Source of the DNA: an uncultured Candidatus Saccharibacteria bacterium
GTDB taxonomy: Bacteria; Patescibacteriota; Minisyncoccia; Phycocordibacterales; Zambryskibacteraceae
Length of the DNA stretch: 46,353 nt
Assembly (NCBI GenBank): GCA_964450705.1
Contig: CAYVDB010000005.1
Span: 1-46,353 of the forward strand
Direction of reading: 5' to 3'
Below are positions 34,865 to 43,618 of this stretch, piece after piece; the stretch's first letter is position 1; each line of letters begins with the position of its first letter. A model generated the notes under the pieces. It had not been told where the DNA came from. It searched no databases and saw only the letters and a list, made by a program, of their open reading frames with translations. The position numbers and the translations under genes were made by a program.

Positions 34865-35662
34865 ATGACCATATTTGATGGGATTATCCTAGGGATATTA
34901 CAGGGGATCACCGAGTTTCTGCCTGTGTCTTCATCAGGGCACCTTATTATTGCTCGTGATATTTTAGGGATTAATACCTACGGGAGCCTTTCATTTGATG
35001 CGGTACTCCAATTAGCAACTGCTTGTGCTCTTTTGGTTTATTTTCGTTCAGATTTATTTGATCTACTTAGAACATTTACAGATATTCTATCTCGAAAAGA
35101 GGTCTCTAAAGAACGTCGTACTTTACTTTTTGGCGTTGTGTTCGCAACTATTCCGGCAATTGTATTTGGATTTTTACTCGAAGACTTAATGGGTACTCTC
35201 TTTAGGAGCGCATCTTTAGTGGCGTCTGCGTTGATTTTTGGTAGCGTTCTTATGTTTTATGCTGAAAAAATAGTGTCTAAACCCTCTGAAGTTCTAACTA
35301 AGAGAAAGGCTTTTGTAATAGGTCTTTTTCAGTCTTTGGCTTTAGTGCCAGGTATATCAAGGTCTGGATCAACTATATCTGGAGGTATGATTTTAGGCTT
35401 ATCTCGAGAAGTCGCTACTCGATTCAGTTTTATCTTAGCCTTCCCGATTCTCTTTGGTTCCGGATTAAAAAAACTGTTTGAGATTATTCTGAGCTCGGGA
35501 GTTGACCAAGATTTTAATGTCCTTTTTTTTGCAACAGTAACTGCATTTTTAGTGGGACTTGTGGCAATTCGTTTCCTTCTTAATTTTTTAAAGAAAAGAA
35601 CTCTCTTACCTTTTATTATTTATAGACTAGCTCTTGCTCTTCTTATATTTGTCTTTGTATAG
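34865..35662 (+). CDS. uppP: Undecaprenyl-diphosphatase (BacA family)
   Basis: Motifs QGITEFLPVSSSGHL and PGISRSGSTI; multiple TM helices. Confidence 0.96.
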   Translation: MTIFDGIILGILQGITEFLPVSSSGHLIIARDILGINTYGSLSFDAVLQLATACALLVYFRSDLFDLLRTFTDILSRKEVSKERRTLLFGVVFATIPAIVFGFLLEDLMGTLFRSASLVASALIFGSVLMFYAEKIVSKPSEVLTKRKAFVIGLFQSLALVPGISRSGSTISGGMILGLSREVATRFSFILAFPILFGSGLKKLFEIILSSGVDQDFNVLFFATVTAFLVGLVAIRFLLNFLKKRTLLPFIIYRLALALLIFVFV

Positions 35663-35733
35663 AAAAGGCCGTCCCAAGGTCATTAGTACAGCCCTACCGC
35701 AGCAGAAACATCCCTTAAAATAAGGATTTTTTA

Positions 35734-36306
35734 CTAGAAGGGGAGCGTGTGTGTAAGCGTTGTACTTTGAACACTTTCCCAATTTGAGGTATCAAGCGGG
35801 ATGTTAATGAGTTGCCCGCCTTCTTTGAAGATAAGTTTATTGTTAGCTCGGGCGTACTCATAGATATCTTTTGTGATTCTCACATCCTCAATACAGTAAT
35901 CTATAACTTTCTGATACTCGCCATCTTTCCACCACTTCATTGCCTCTAATCCGTGACCGCTTTTATTTCTTTGTAATGTTCCTTCGGCAATCTGATCAAG
36001 CTTCATTCTTCGTCCATAAGAACTTTTAATTTCTTTTAGAATATCAAGACTCTTAATTTTTGTAAGATCTCCAGTGTAATAGCGATTGAGAACTGGGATA
36101 TCAAAGGAGTCGCTATTAAAACCTATCAAAAGATCAGTTGTTTCTAATATTGGCCAAAGTTCTTTTAGTTCTTCTTCTTTAAAACTTTTATATTGATCTG
36201 TTTTGCTATCATATATACACACGACAAATAGGTTGGGGAATACATACTTTCCATCAAGAGTAGTTATAATTCCATCTGTTTCAATATCAAAAAAAATCTT
36301 TCGCAT
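35734..36306 (-). CDS. RNase H-fold (DEDD/YprB-like) predicted exonuclease
   Basis: Motifs FFDIET, GFNSDSFDIP, LDQIA and YCIEDV. Probable start MRKIFF at 36306. Confidence 0.8.
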   Translation of the reverse strand: MRKIFFDIETDGIITTLDGKYVFPNLFVVCIYDSKTDQYKSFKEEELKELWPILETTDLLIGFNSDSFDIPVLNRYYTGDLTKIKSLDILKEIKSSYGRRMKLDQIAEGTLQRNKSGHGLEAMKWWKDGEYQKVIDYCIEDVRITKDIYEYARANNKLIFKEGGQLINIPLDTSNWESVQSTTLTHTLPF

Positions 36307-36316
36307 CGCTAAAATT

Positions 36317-37552
36317 TTATTTTGAGGATACAATAAAATCTCTTATCTCTTCTGCATTTGCGCAGACTTTTTCCTTACCTCCTTTTGTGGATTCTTTTAC
36401 AAGATATTGTGAGGAGGTATCGGTTATCAGAAGTACAAAAGGAATTTTGTTTCTTTCTGCATATTTATAGAAATCACCAGACTGTTTACTAAGCCCAAAA
36501 AGGGAAGCGTTTAAATCTTTTTCCCTTATTTGAGCTGTAATTTTTTCTGCCACTTCTTTATTACTTTCATCTGTAAAGCCAACTGAAATATTCGTTTCTG
36601 ATACATATGGGGGAATAAGGTTTCTTGTTTCAAGAAAGTCTTGCAACGTAACATCGCCCATGCCAAAACCAACAGCAGGAATATTTTGATCATCAAAAAG
36701 AGAGGTCAAATTATCATAACGCCCACCTCCAAAAAGCGAGCGTCTATTCTCGGGGTGCTTATCAAATATTTCAAATATTACGCCTGTATAGTAGTCAAAA
36801 CCTCTTTCAATTTTTTCTGAAAAAACTAAATTTGAAATACCCTTCGATTTTAAGCCTTCTATGACAAGATTAAGTCTTTCGCTTTTCTCCATCTCTATTT
36901 GGAGGTTGCTACCGAGGATTTCTTCAATTCCTTTTTTCCGTTCATCATCAGATATTTTTTTGTCTCGAAGCCTCCTCCATTTTCGTTCTTGTTCGGGAGA
37001 TAGTGTTTCTGGCGTAACTCTAATTCCGTTAATTTTCAATGGATTTGCCCTGTCGTTTATTTGAATTTCAAAATCATTATCTTTTGCTCCAAAAGCGCAC
37101 ATTATTTTGTAAGCAATTTCGATTATTTCAATGTCCGCTTGAATATCATCTTTACCAAAGAGATCTACGTTGAGCTGGTAGTGCTCTCTGAGACGTCCTT
37201 TTTGTGGATTTTCATAGCGGAATAGATTAGGCATAGAGTACCAACGTAGAGGAAAACCAAGTTCTCTTCTTTTCTTTGCAACCATGCGGGCAACTGTCGG
37301 TGTCATCTCTGGCCTAAGAGTTACCTCTCTTCCTCCTCGATCTGTGAATGTGTATGTTTGCTCGTTTACAATCTCGTCTCCGCTTTTCGCCTTATAAAGA
37401 TCTGCGGGCTCGAGAGGAGATGCCCCATATTCAACATAACCATATTTTTCTACCTCTTTTCTGATAGTTTCAAACATCCACTTAAGGGTTTTTTGTTCTT
37501 CAGGGTAGAAGTCGCGGACACCTTTATAGGGGTCGGTAGAAAGTTTTGACAT
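36317..37552 (-). CDS. hisS: Histidine-tRNA ligase
   Basis: Motifs KGVRDF, LRPEMT, FRYENPQKGRLREHYQ, RGFDYYTG and GGGRYD. Confidence 0.96.
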   Translation of the reverse strand: MSKLSTDPYKGVRDFYPEEQKTLKWMFETIRKEVEKYGYVEYGASPLEPADLYKAKSGDEIVNEQTYTFTDRGGREVTLRPEMTPTVARMVAKKRRELGFPLRWYSMPNLFRYENPQKGRLREHYQLNVDLFGKDDIQADIEIIEIAYKIMCAFGAKDNDFEIQINDRANPLKINGIRVTPETLSPEQERKWRRLRDKKISDDERKKGIEEILGSNLQIEMEKSERLNLVIEGLKSKGISNLVFSEKIERGFDYYTGVIFEIFDKHPENRRSLFGGGRYDNLTSLFDDQNIPAVGFGMGDVTLQDFLETRNLIPPYVSETNISVGFTDESNKEVAEKITAQIREKDLNASLFGLSKQSGDFYKYAERNKIPFVLLITDTSSQYLVKESTKGGKEKVCANAEEIRDFIVSSK

Positions 37553-37571
37553 GTGCTATATTCTAGCAGAA

Positions 37572-38330
37572 ATGGCTAAAGTAGAACATATTTTGATTCT
37601 ATATAAAGAAATAGGCGAGACCCCTCTTGAGTGCCTTATTCGTTTTAAAGATTCTCATCCGGAATATAAAGATATAAAAATGACCTATGCGGGCCGGCTT
37701 GACCCAATGGCAGAGGGCGTTCTCGTAGTGCTTGCTGGTAGTATTCGCGAAGAAGAGAAAAAAGAAATTTTAGAAGCAGACAAAGAATATGAATTTGAAA
37801 TCCTTTGGGGGTTTGAGACCGACACCTATGACATATTGGGCCTGGTAACTTCTGTAGGAAAAGAGCCAATAAAAAATTTTGATAAAAAGCTTCCTAAACT
37901 TTTAGAAAAAGTCCTCAATAAAAAGACCCAAGAGTATCCTCCATACTCTTCAAGAACCGTAAATGGGAGAAGCCTTTTTGAATGGGCACGGGAGGGAAGA
38001 ATTAACGAAGTAGATATTCCCACACGACACATCAAAGTATTTTCTTTGAGTCACATTGAGACGCGCAGGGTTCTTCAGAAAGAAATTCTTTCCTATACAA
38101 GAGATAGGGTTTCAAAAGTGCGTGGAGATTTCAGACAGGAAGAAATCTTAAAGAAGTGGGCAGAAAGTGTTATAGAAGATGAGTATGCTCTGGTTTCTAA
38201 GTGTAAAGCGGCAGTTTCCTCAGGGACTTACATTCGTTCACTGGCGCATATTTTGGGTAAAGAAATGGGAAGTGGCGCCCTTGCTTACTCTATAAAACGT
38301 ACTAGGGTTGGAGAATATAAACTTAAATAA
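37572..38330 (+). CDS. Divergent TruB-family pseudouridine synthase
   Basis: Motifs YAGRLDPMAEGVL, KEY, ETDTYD, YPPYSS, SSGTYIRSLA and KRTRVG. Start at MAKVEH. Confidence 0.85.
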   Translation: MAKVEHILILYKEIGETPLECLIRFKDSHPEYKDIKMTYAGRLDPMAEGVLVVLAGSIREEEKKEILEADKEYEFEILWGFETDTYDILGLVTSVGKEPIKNFDKKLPKLLEKVLNKKTQEYPPYSSRTVNGRSLFEWAREGRINEVDIPTRHIKVFSLSHIETRRVLQKEILSYTRDRVSKVRGDFRQEEILKKWAESVIEDEYALVSKCKAAVSSGTYIRSLAHILGKEMGSGALAYSIKRTRVGEYKLK

Positions 38331-38333
38331 GTA

Positions 38334-38361
38334 TTGACTTTTCATAAAAATTAAGTATTGT
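38334..38361 (+). promoter_or_regulatory. Sigma70-like promoter for cassette 8
   Basis: TTGACT-16 nt-TATTGT. Confidence 0.6.
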
Positions 38362-38403
38362 TTTGTTGGATTTTGCTCACATAACCCTTTTCAAGAGGAA
38401 AAA

Positions 38404-38949
38404 ATGAGTGATGCTTGGGCAGAAATGTCTTTGGGCTATCTTCAGGATCTTGAAGAAGCTCATCAAAGAGGAGTGCTTCCTTCTCGAGAGAAGTTCCAAG
38501 CGCTCCTCGGTCTCGAACTCGAACTTCGGGTTCGAGTAGACTATGATCTCTCGATCCGCGAACTTCTCTCAACTTTCTCGAACAGCTTGGTTATTGAGGA
38601 GGAAGTAGAGGAATCGGACATCTACGCAGAGCGCGTAGGGCCTGGGTCTGGGCTTCGTATGGTAAACATGAGGCCCGTGGACCCTGGTAAACTTCTCAGC
38701 GTAGATGATTTTGAGAGCGTTCTTCCCCCAGGTCAGAAATATGCGACTCTTGGAGAAGGGCTCCATTTTCTGAAACGAAACCACGGCTCTCGTGCACTCG
38801 GCCCTCTCATCATGGTGCACCAGTTTTCTTCCGGGCGTCGTATGGCGGTTTTTGTTGGAAGCCGTTCTGGGGGAGAAGTTTCTGCTGTACGTTTCAGGCC
38901 TCGTGATCTCAAGTGGAAAGGTTGCCGGCATCTCATTGTTTCTCCTTGA
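38404..38949 (+). CDS. Orphan protein, 181 aa (cassette 8)
   Basis: GAGGA SD, own promoter and terminator; visibly more GC-rich than its flanks. No family recognised. Confidence 0.75.
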   Translation: MSDAWAEMSLGYLQDLEEAHQRGVLPSREKFQALLGLELELRVRVDYDLSIRELLSTFSNSLVIEEEVEESDIYAERVGPGSGLRMVNMRPVDPGKLLSVDDFESVLPPGQKYATLGEGLHFLKRNHGSRALGPLIMVHQFSSGRRMAVFVGSRSGGEVSAVRFRPRDLKWKGCRHLIVSP

Positions 38950-38957
38950 ATTGAAGC

Positions 38958-38983
38958 AAAAACCCCGACTAGGTCGGGGTTTC
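38958..38983. terminator. Bidirectional terminator between cassette 8 and typA
   Basis: AAACCCCGAC-TAG-GTCGGGGTTT. Confidence 0.85.
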
Positions 38984-38984
38984 G

Positions 38985-40775
38985 TTATTTCTTTGCTTCT
39001 CGGAGGGCTTTAGTTCGCGCTGCTTCTGTGAGATATTTTTTACGTAGCCGGACGCTCTTTGGTGTGATTTCAATATAATCATCTCCCGACATCACTTCCA
39101 TAGCTCTTTCAATCGAAAGCTTCCATGCTGGAGCAAGGTATATTCCGTCGTCAGAGCCCGATGCCCGCATATTGGTAAGCTGCTTTCCTTTTGTTGGGTT
39201 TACATAAAGGTCGTCTCCTTTTGTAACGTTACCAACAACCTGACCCTCATAGATTTCGCTCCCTGGTTCAATATAGAGCACTCCTCTTTGTTGGAGATTA
39301 TCGAGAGCAAATGCTAGAGCTTTTCCGCTTTCCATAGAAACCATAGATCCATATTTTTGTTGACGTATTTCTCCAGCGTATGGACGAAAACCAATAAATC
39401 TAGATGAAAGAATTCCTAAGCCTTTTGTGTCTACAATAAATTGACCTCGGTATCCTAAAAGACCTCGAGTTGGAATCTCAAAAATTAATCGAGTATGGCC
39501 AGAGTCTTGCTTCATATTCATGAGAGTTCCTCTTTTTTCTGCCAAAGTTCCGATTACTCCGCCAGAGAATTCTTCAGGAACATCGATTACCAGTTCTTCA
39601 AAAGGCTCTGTCTTACCATGTTCGTCCTCTTTAAAGATTACTTGCGGTTGAGAAACTTGCACTTCGTAGCCTTCTCGTCGCATATTTTCAAGTAATACAG
39701 CAATGTGAAGTTCGCCTCTGCCGTAGACAGTAATGTATTCGTTAGATAAGAAATCAACTTTCAAACCGACATTTACTTCAAGCTCCTTTTCCAAACGTTC
39801 TCTGATTTGTCGCCCGGTTACAAATTTTCCTTCTTTCCCTGCGAAAGGAGAGTCGTTAACTAAGAAGTTTAAGGATATTGTCGGTTCGTCGATAGTAATT
39901 GCAGGAAGTGCCAGGATATCGTCTTTTGTACCAATAGTTTCACCAATATAGATGTCGCTTAGTCCAGCAATCATAACAATATCTCCAGAAGACGCTTGTT
40001 CTACATCTTTTCTTTTCATTCCCTCAAAGGTAAAGAGTTTGGTGATTTTTCCTGCATACGATTCTCCATTTGGTTTTTTTACATAGACGGTCTGTCCTGA
40101 AGTGATAGTACCTTCATATATTCTTGATATTGCCATTCGGCCAAGGAAATTGTCGTACGCTAAATTGAAAACCTGAGCTTTCCCCGGAGACGTTTCGTTT
40201 TTATTTGCAGGTGGAACATTTTCTAAAATAACTTCAAGGAGAGGGGTAAGATCTTTCATTTCATCCTTGAGATTTCTCTTAGCAACACCATCTCGTCCAA
40301 TCGCATAGACTGTTACGAAATCGAGTTGCTCGTTAGTTGCTCCAAGTTCCAGAAAAAGTTCAAGGACCATTTCATGGACTACTTCGGGTCGCGCTGCGGG
40401 TTTGTCGATTTTATTTATAACTACAATTGGCTTCAACCCAAGCTCAAGTGATTTTTTTAATACAAATCGAGTTTGTGGCATTGGTCCTTCCTGTGCGTCT
40501 ACAACAAGAAGAACTGTATCTATGGAGCGCAAAACTCTTTCCACCTCGCTTCCAAAGTCAGAGTGTCCTGGGGTGTCGACAATATTTATCTTAGTGTCCT
40601 TAAAAAACAGCGAAGTGTTTTTCGCATATATAGTAATCCCGCGTTCTTGTTCGATCGCGTTTGAGTCCATCGTAAAACCCTCTTCAACCATTCCTGTCTG
40701 GCGCATAAGTGCGTCGGTTAGAGTTGTTTTGCCGTGGTCAACGTGTGCAATAATTGCAATGTTTCGTATTTCCAT
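38985..40775 (-). CDS. typA: Translational GTPase TypA/BipA
   Basis: Motifs RNIAIIAHVDHGKTTL, ERGITI, DTPGHSDFG, GRGELH and KQLTNMRASG. Confidence 0.97.
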   Translation of the reverse strand: MEIRNIAIIAHVDHGKTTLTDALMRQTGMVEEGFTMDSNAIEQERGITIYAKNTSLFFKDTKINIVDTPGHSDFGSEVERVLRSIDTVLLVVDAQEGPMPQTRFVLKKSLELGLKPIVVINKIDKPAARPEVVHEMVLELFLELGATNEQLDFVTVYAIGRDGVAKRNLKDEMKDLTPLLEVILENVPPANKNETSPGKAQVFNLAYDNFLGRMAISRIYEGTITSGQTVYVKKPNGESYAGKITKLFTFEGMKRKDVEQASSGDIVMIAGLSDIYIGETIGTKDDILALPAITIDEPTISLNFLVNDSPFAGKEGKFVTGRQIRERLEKELEVNVGLKVDFLSNEYITVYGRGELHIAVLLENMRREGYEVQVSQPQVIFKEDEHGKTEPFEELVIDVPEEFSGGVIGTLAEKRGTLMNMKQDSGHTRLIFEIPTRGLLGYRGQFIVDTKGLGILSSRFIGFRPYAGEIRQQKYGSMVSMESGKALAFALDNLQQRGVLYIEPGSEIYEGQVVGNVTKGDDLYVNPTKGKQLTNMRASGSDDGIYLAPAWKLSIERAMEVMSGDDYIEITPKSVRLRKKYLTEAARTKALREAKK

Positions 40776-40854
40776 ACAGTGGGTTATTTAAGCACGAAGG
40801 GAGACTCTAGTCAAAAGTCCTGTTTCCCATTTTGTGATAGAATAGAAGGGTTTT

Positions 40855-41088
40855 ATGGAAAATCCTTTTCAAGGTCTACCGGAGGTTTCTCTTTCTATTG
40901 GCAAGCCAGTACTGTGGGGTTTCTTTGTGTTATTTTTTATTGGATATTCTATTATCTCAGGCGTTCTTGTATATCACTGGAAGAAGTACGGGATGAGTAA
41001 CAAGACCATTATATTTGCCCAAGGGTTATTTATCGTCGTGTCTATTATCTTATTTGCAATAACATTTGGAGCCCTTTCTCTTATCTAA
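40855..41088 (+). CDS. Small two-TM membrane protein
   Basis: Two hydrophobic helices around YHWKKYG; first gene of a tightly spaced plus-strand run. Confidence 0.75.
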   Translation: MENPFQGLPEVSLSIGKPVLWGFFVLFFIGYSIISGVLVYHWKKYGMSNKTIIFAQGLFIVVSIILFAITFGALSLI

Positions 41089-41089
41089 T

Positions 41090-41671
41090 ATGTTGCATCT
41101 TGATCCAGGAGAACAAATAGTGCACGAAGTTCGTAAACATTGGTTTGTCTTTTTTGCACATGGTTTTTTCCTTGCTTTAGCCGCTATCTTACCTCCGCTT
41201 CTTATTGAGAGTTTTGTTCGTTTTGTGCCAATACCAGGTTATATCCCAGAGGCTACTCCTGCGATTTTACTTTTTATTTACGGTCTCTGGCTTCTAGCGC
41301 TCTGGATCGCTTTCTTTGTTCAATGGACAAACTATTATCTTGATGTTTGGCACGTTACTCAAAAGAGGATAATTGATGTTGAACAGAAAAGATTATTTCA
41401 CCGCGAGATATCTACAATTCGTTTTGATAAGATACAGGACATAACTGTCGAAGTCAGTGGCCTTCTCGCAACCTTTCTTGATATCGGAGATATAAGGGTT
41501 CAGACCGCATCAGAAAATAGTAAAGATTTTTTTATGAAGAGCGCGTCTCGACCCGAACAAATTCGTCGAATTGTATTTGCCCAACATAATTGGGAATCAG
41601 AAAGAAGTCGACCTGTGCGTCTTGTTGATAAAGATGGCGATGGATACCCAGATCATAACATCAAAACATAG
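41090..41671 (+). CDS. Membrane protein with a bacterial PH (bPH_2-like) domain
   Basis: LDPGEQIVHEVRKHW, two TMs, VTQKRII, KIQDITV and GDIRVQTA. Confidence 0.8.
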   Translation: MLHLDPGEQIVHEVRKHWFVFFAHGFFLALAAILPPLLIESFVRFVPIPGYIPEATPAILLFIYGLWLLALWIAFFVQWTNYYLDVWHVTQKRIIDVEQKRLFHREISTIRFDKIQDITVEVSGLLATFLDIGDIRVQTASENSKDFFMKSASRPEQIRRIVFAQHNWESERSRPVRLVDKDGDGYPDHNIKT

Positions 41672-42521
41672 GTCTTCTTATAAGAGATACCTTTTTTCTT
41701 TGTTTTTAATCACACTTCTCGGTGTTGGTGTTTTTTTGAATCTGGATTTAGTAAAGCAATCGTTTTTGTTTTCAGAAGATGTTAAAAGTGAGGTTCTTCA
41801 ATTTGCAAAAGATATTTCTACTCCAGGAGGTCTTGTTTCTAAGATTGAATCTAAAAATGCTTTTCTTACCGAAGCTGGTGTTTTTGAGTTTACAAATAAA
41901 GCTCGAGTAGAGAATTCTCTCGGGGCTTTTGTTTTAGACGATGGGTTATCTCGTATCGCAAAAGAGAGATTAGATGATATGTTTCGTTATCAATATTTCG
42001 AACATGTTTCTCCTACAGGTTCATCTGCGAGTAAGGTAGCGGAAGATTTTAAGTATCAGTTTATTTCTATTGGAGAAAATATTGCATTGGGTAATTTTGA
42101 AAATGATCAAGTCCTTGTTGAAGCGTGGATGAATAGTCCCGGGCACAGAGCAAACATCCTTTCCTCAAAGTTTACCGCCTTGGGGGTTGCTGTTGGTAAA
42201 GGAAATTACGAAGGAAGAACTGTCTGGATTGGCGTTCAAATATTTTCACGCCCTCTTTCTGCGTGTCCTCAGATTGATAGCAGTATTCGTTCCAAGATCC
42301 GTGTTGAGGAAGACAACCTAGAGAATCTTCACCAGGAATTAGAAAGAGTAAAAAATGATCTTGATGTCGCGCGAAAAGCCAAAGATGAAGAGGAATACAA
42401 TAGGCTAGTTTCTATTTATAATGATTTAGTGCGAAATATAAACGAAAAATCTGGGGAAGTTAAGAAAATGGTTGATGAGTATAATGCCCAAGTCCGCGCC
42501 TTTAATGATTGTATTGAATAA
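41640..42521 (+). CDS. CAP/SCP-domain protein with an N-terminal anchor and a C-terminal coiled coil
   Basis: Motifs YFEH, GENIA, WMNSPGHRANIL and GVAV. Start position uncertain (41634 or 41640). Confidence 0.88.
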   Translation: MDTQIITSKHRSSYKRYLFSLFLITLLGVGVFLNLDLVKQSFLFSEDVKSEVLQFAKDISTPGGLVSKIESKNAFLTEAGVFEFTNKARVENSLGAFVLDDGLSRIAKERLDDMFRYQYFEHVSPTGSSASKVAEDFKYQFISIGENIALGNFENDQVLVEAWMNSPGHRANILSSKFTALGVAVGKGNYEGRTVWIGVQIFSRPLSACPQIDSSIRSKIRVEEDNLENLHQELERVKNDLDVARKAKDEEEYNRLVSIYNDLVRNINEKSGEVKKMVDEYNAQVRAFNDCIE

Positions 42522-42526
42522 CATGT

Positions 42527-43159
42527 ATGGCAGGAGAGATTCTACTTATCGACAAGCCAAAAGGCATTACCTCGTTTGATGTCATCCGTATTTTGCGTAA
42601 GAAACTTGGGATAAAAAAGATGGGTCATGCAGGAACTCTTGATCCGCTTGCAACGGGGCTTATGATTGTTGCGACAGACGAAAAGACTAAGACTCTCAGC
42701 TCATTTTTAAAACTTGATAAAACATATGAAGTAAGGGCTATTCTCGGAATAGAAACCGATACACTCGATGTTACGGGCAAAGTTTTAGAGAAAAGAGACT
42801 TACCCCTTTTATCAAAAGAACAAGTGATACGTGCGGTAGATAAGTTAAAAGGTGTCCATAATCTTTCTGTCCCTCTGTATTCGGCAATCAAGAGGCAAGG
42901 TCAACCGCTCTATTCATATGTACGGAAGGGTCTTATGGTTGAACTTCCAGTAAAAGAAATGAAAGTGTTTTACTCAAGGTGTATATCTTATGATAATAGC
43001 CACGTCTCAATGATTCTCTCAGTAAGTAGTGGTACGTATATCCGCAGTCTTATAAAAGAGTTTGCAAGATTTCTTGGGACAATTGCAACTGTTGAAGAAC
43101 TTCGACGTACCCAAATTGGAGATTTTAAAGTCACTAATGCAGAAAAACTCACTATTTGA
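42527..43159 (+). CDS. truB: tRNA pseudouridine(55) synthase
   Basis: Motifs DKPKGITSFDV, GHAGTLDPLATG, PLYSAIK, SSGTYIRSL and LRRTQIG. Confidence 0.95.
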   Translation: MAGEILLIDKPKGITSFDVIRILRKKLGIKKMGHAGTLDPLATGLMIVATDEKTKTLSSFLKLDKTYEVRAILGIETDTLDVTGKVLEKRDLPLLSKEQVIRAVDKLKGVHNLSVPLYSAIKRQGQPLYSYVRKGLMVELPVKEMKVFYSRCISYDNSHVSMILSVSSGTYIRSLIKEFARFLGTIATVEELRRTQIGDFKVTNAEKLTI

Positions 43160-43194
43160 TATATTCAGAGCATTATTTATTTTAAACGAATGTC

Positions 43195-43575
43195 ATGTTG
43201 CAAGGATTTAAGAGTTTTTTGTTACGCGGAAATGCTGTCGATTTAGCTGTCGGTGTTGTAATCGGCGCAGCGTTTGGAAGCGTGGTGACCTCTTTAGTCG
43301 CTGATATTTTAACTCCTCTTATTGGAGCTCTTTTAAAGACGCCAGACTTTTCTGGGCTTTCGTTTTCGCTTAATGGAAGCGCTCTTATGTACGGAAATTT
43401 TCTGAACGCCCTAATTTCATTTGTTATTGTGGCTTTTGCAATTTATTTTTTTGTAGTTGTGCCACTAAATAAAGCAATGGGTTTGGGGAAAAAGAAAGAA
43501 GAAGAAAAAACCCCTGAAACCCCGGAAGATATTCGTCTTTTGCGAGAAATAAGAGATTCTCTCAAGCGTTCATAA
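43195..43575 (+). CDS. mscL: Large-conductance mechanosensitive channel
   Basis: Motifs FKSFLLRGNAVDLAVGVVIGAAFG, YGNFL and LLREIRDSL. Confidence 0.97.
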   Translation: MLQGFKSFLLRGNAVDLAVGVVIGAAFGSVVTSLVADILTPLIGALLKTPDFSGLSFSLNGSALMYGNFLNALISFVIVAFAIYFFVVVPLNKAMGLGKKKEEEKTPETPEDIRLLREIRDSLKRS

Positions 43576-43618
43576 GCTAAATAGACTTCGATCTAAAAAT
43601 GGGGCACTATAGATGAGT

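Noticed and set aside
35663-35733. GC-richer intergenic stretch between uppP and the exonuclease as an ncRNA
   Set aside because: It is short, with only a weak ATCC...GGAT hairpin and no recognisable motif or promoter.
38569-39013. Alternative-frame ORFs overlapping 38404-38949
   Set aside because: Only the 38404 frame has a promoter, SD and terminator. The others are by-products of higher GC.
41620-41660. DKDGDGYPD Ca-binding-like motif at the end of the PH-domain protein
   Set aside because: It is a single short motif in the overlap with the next gene and may be coincidental.
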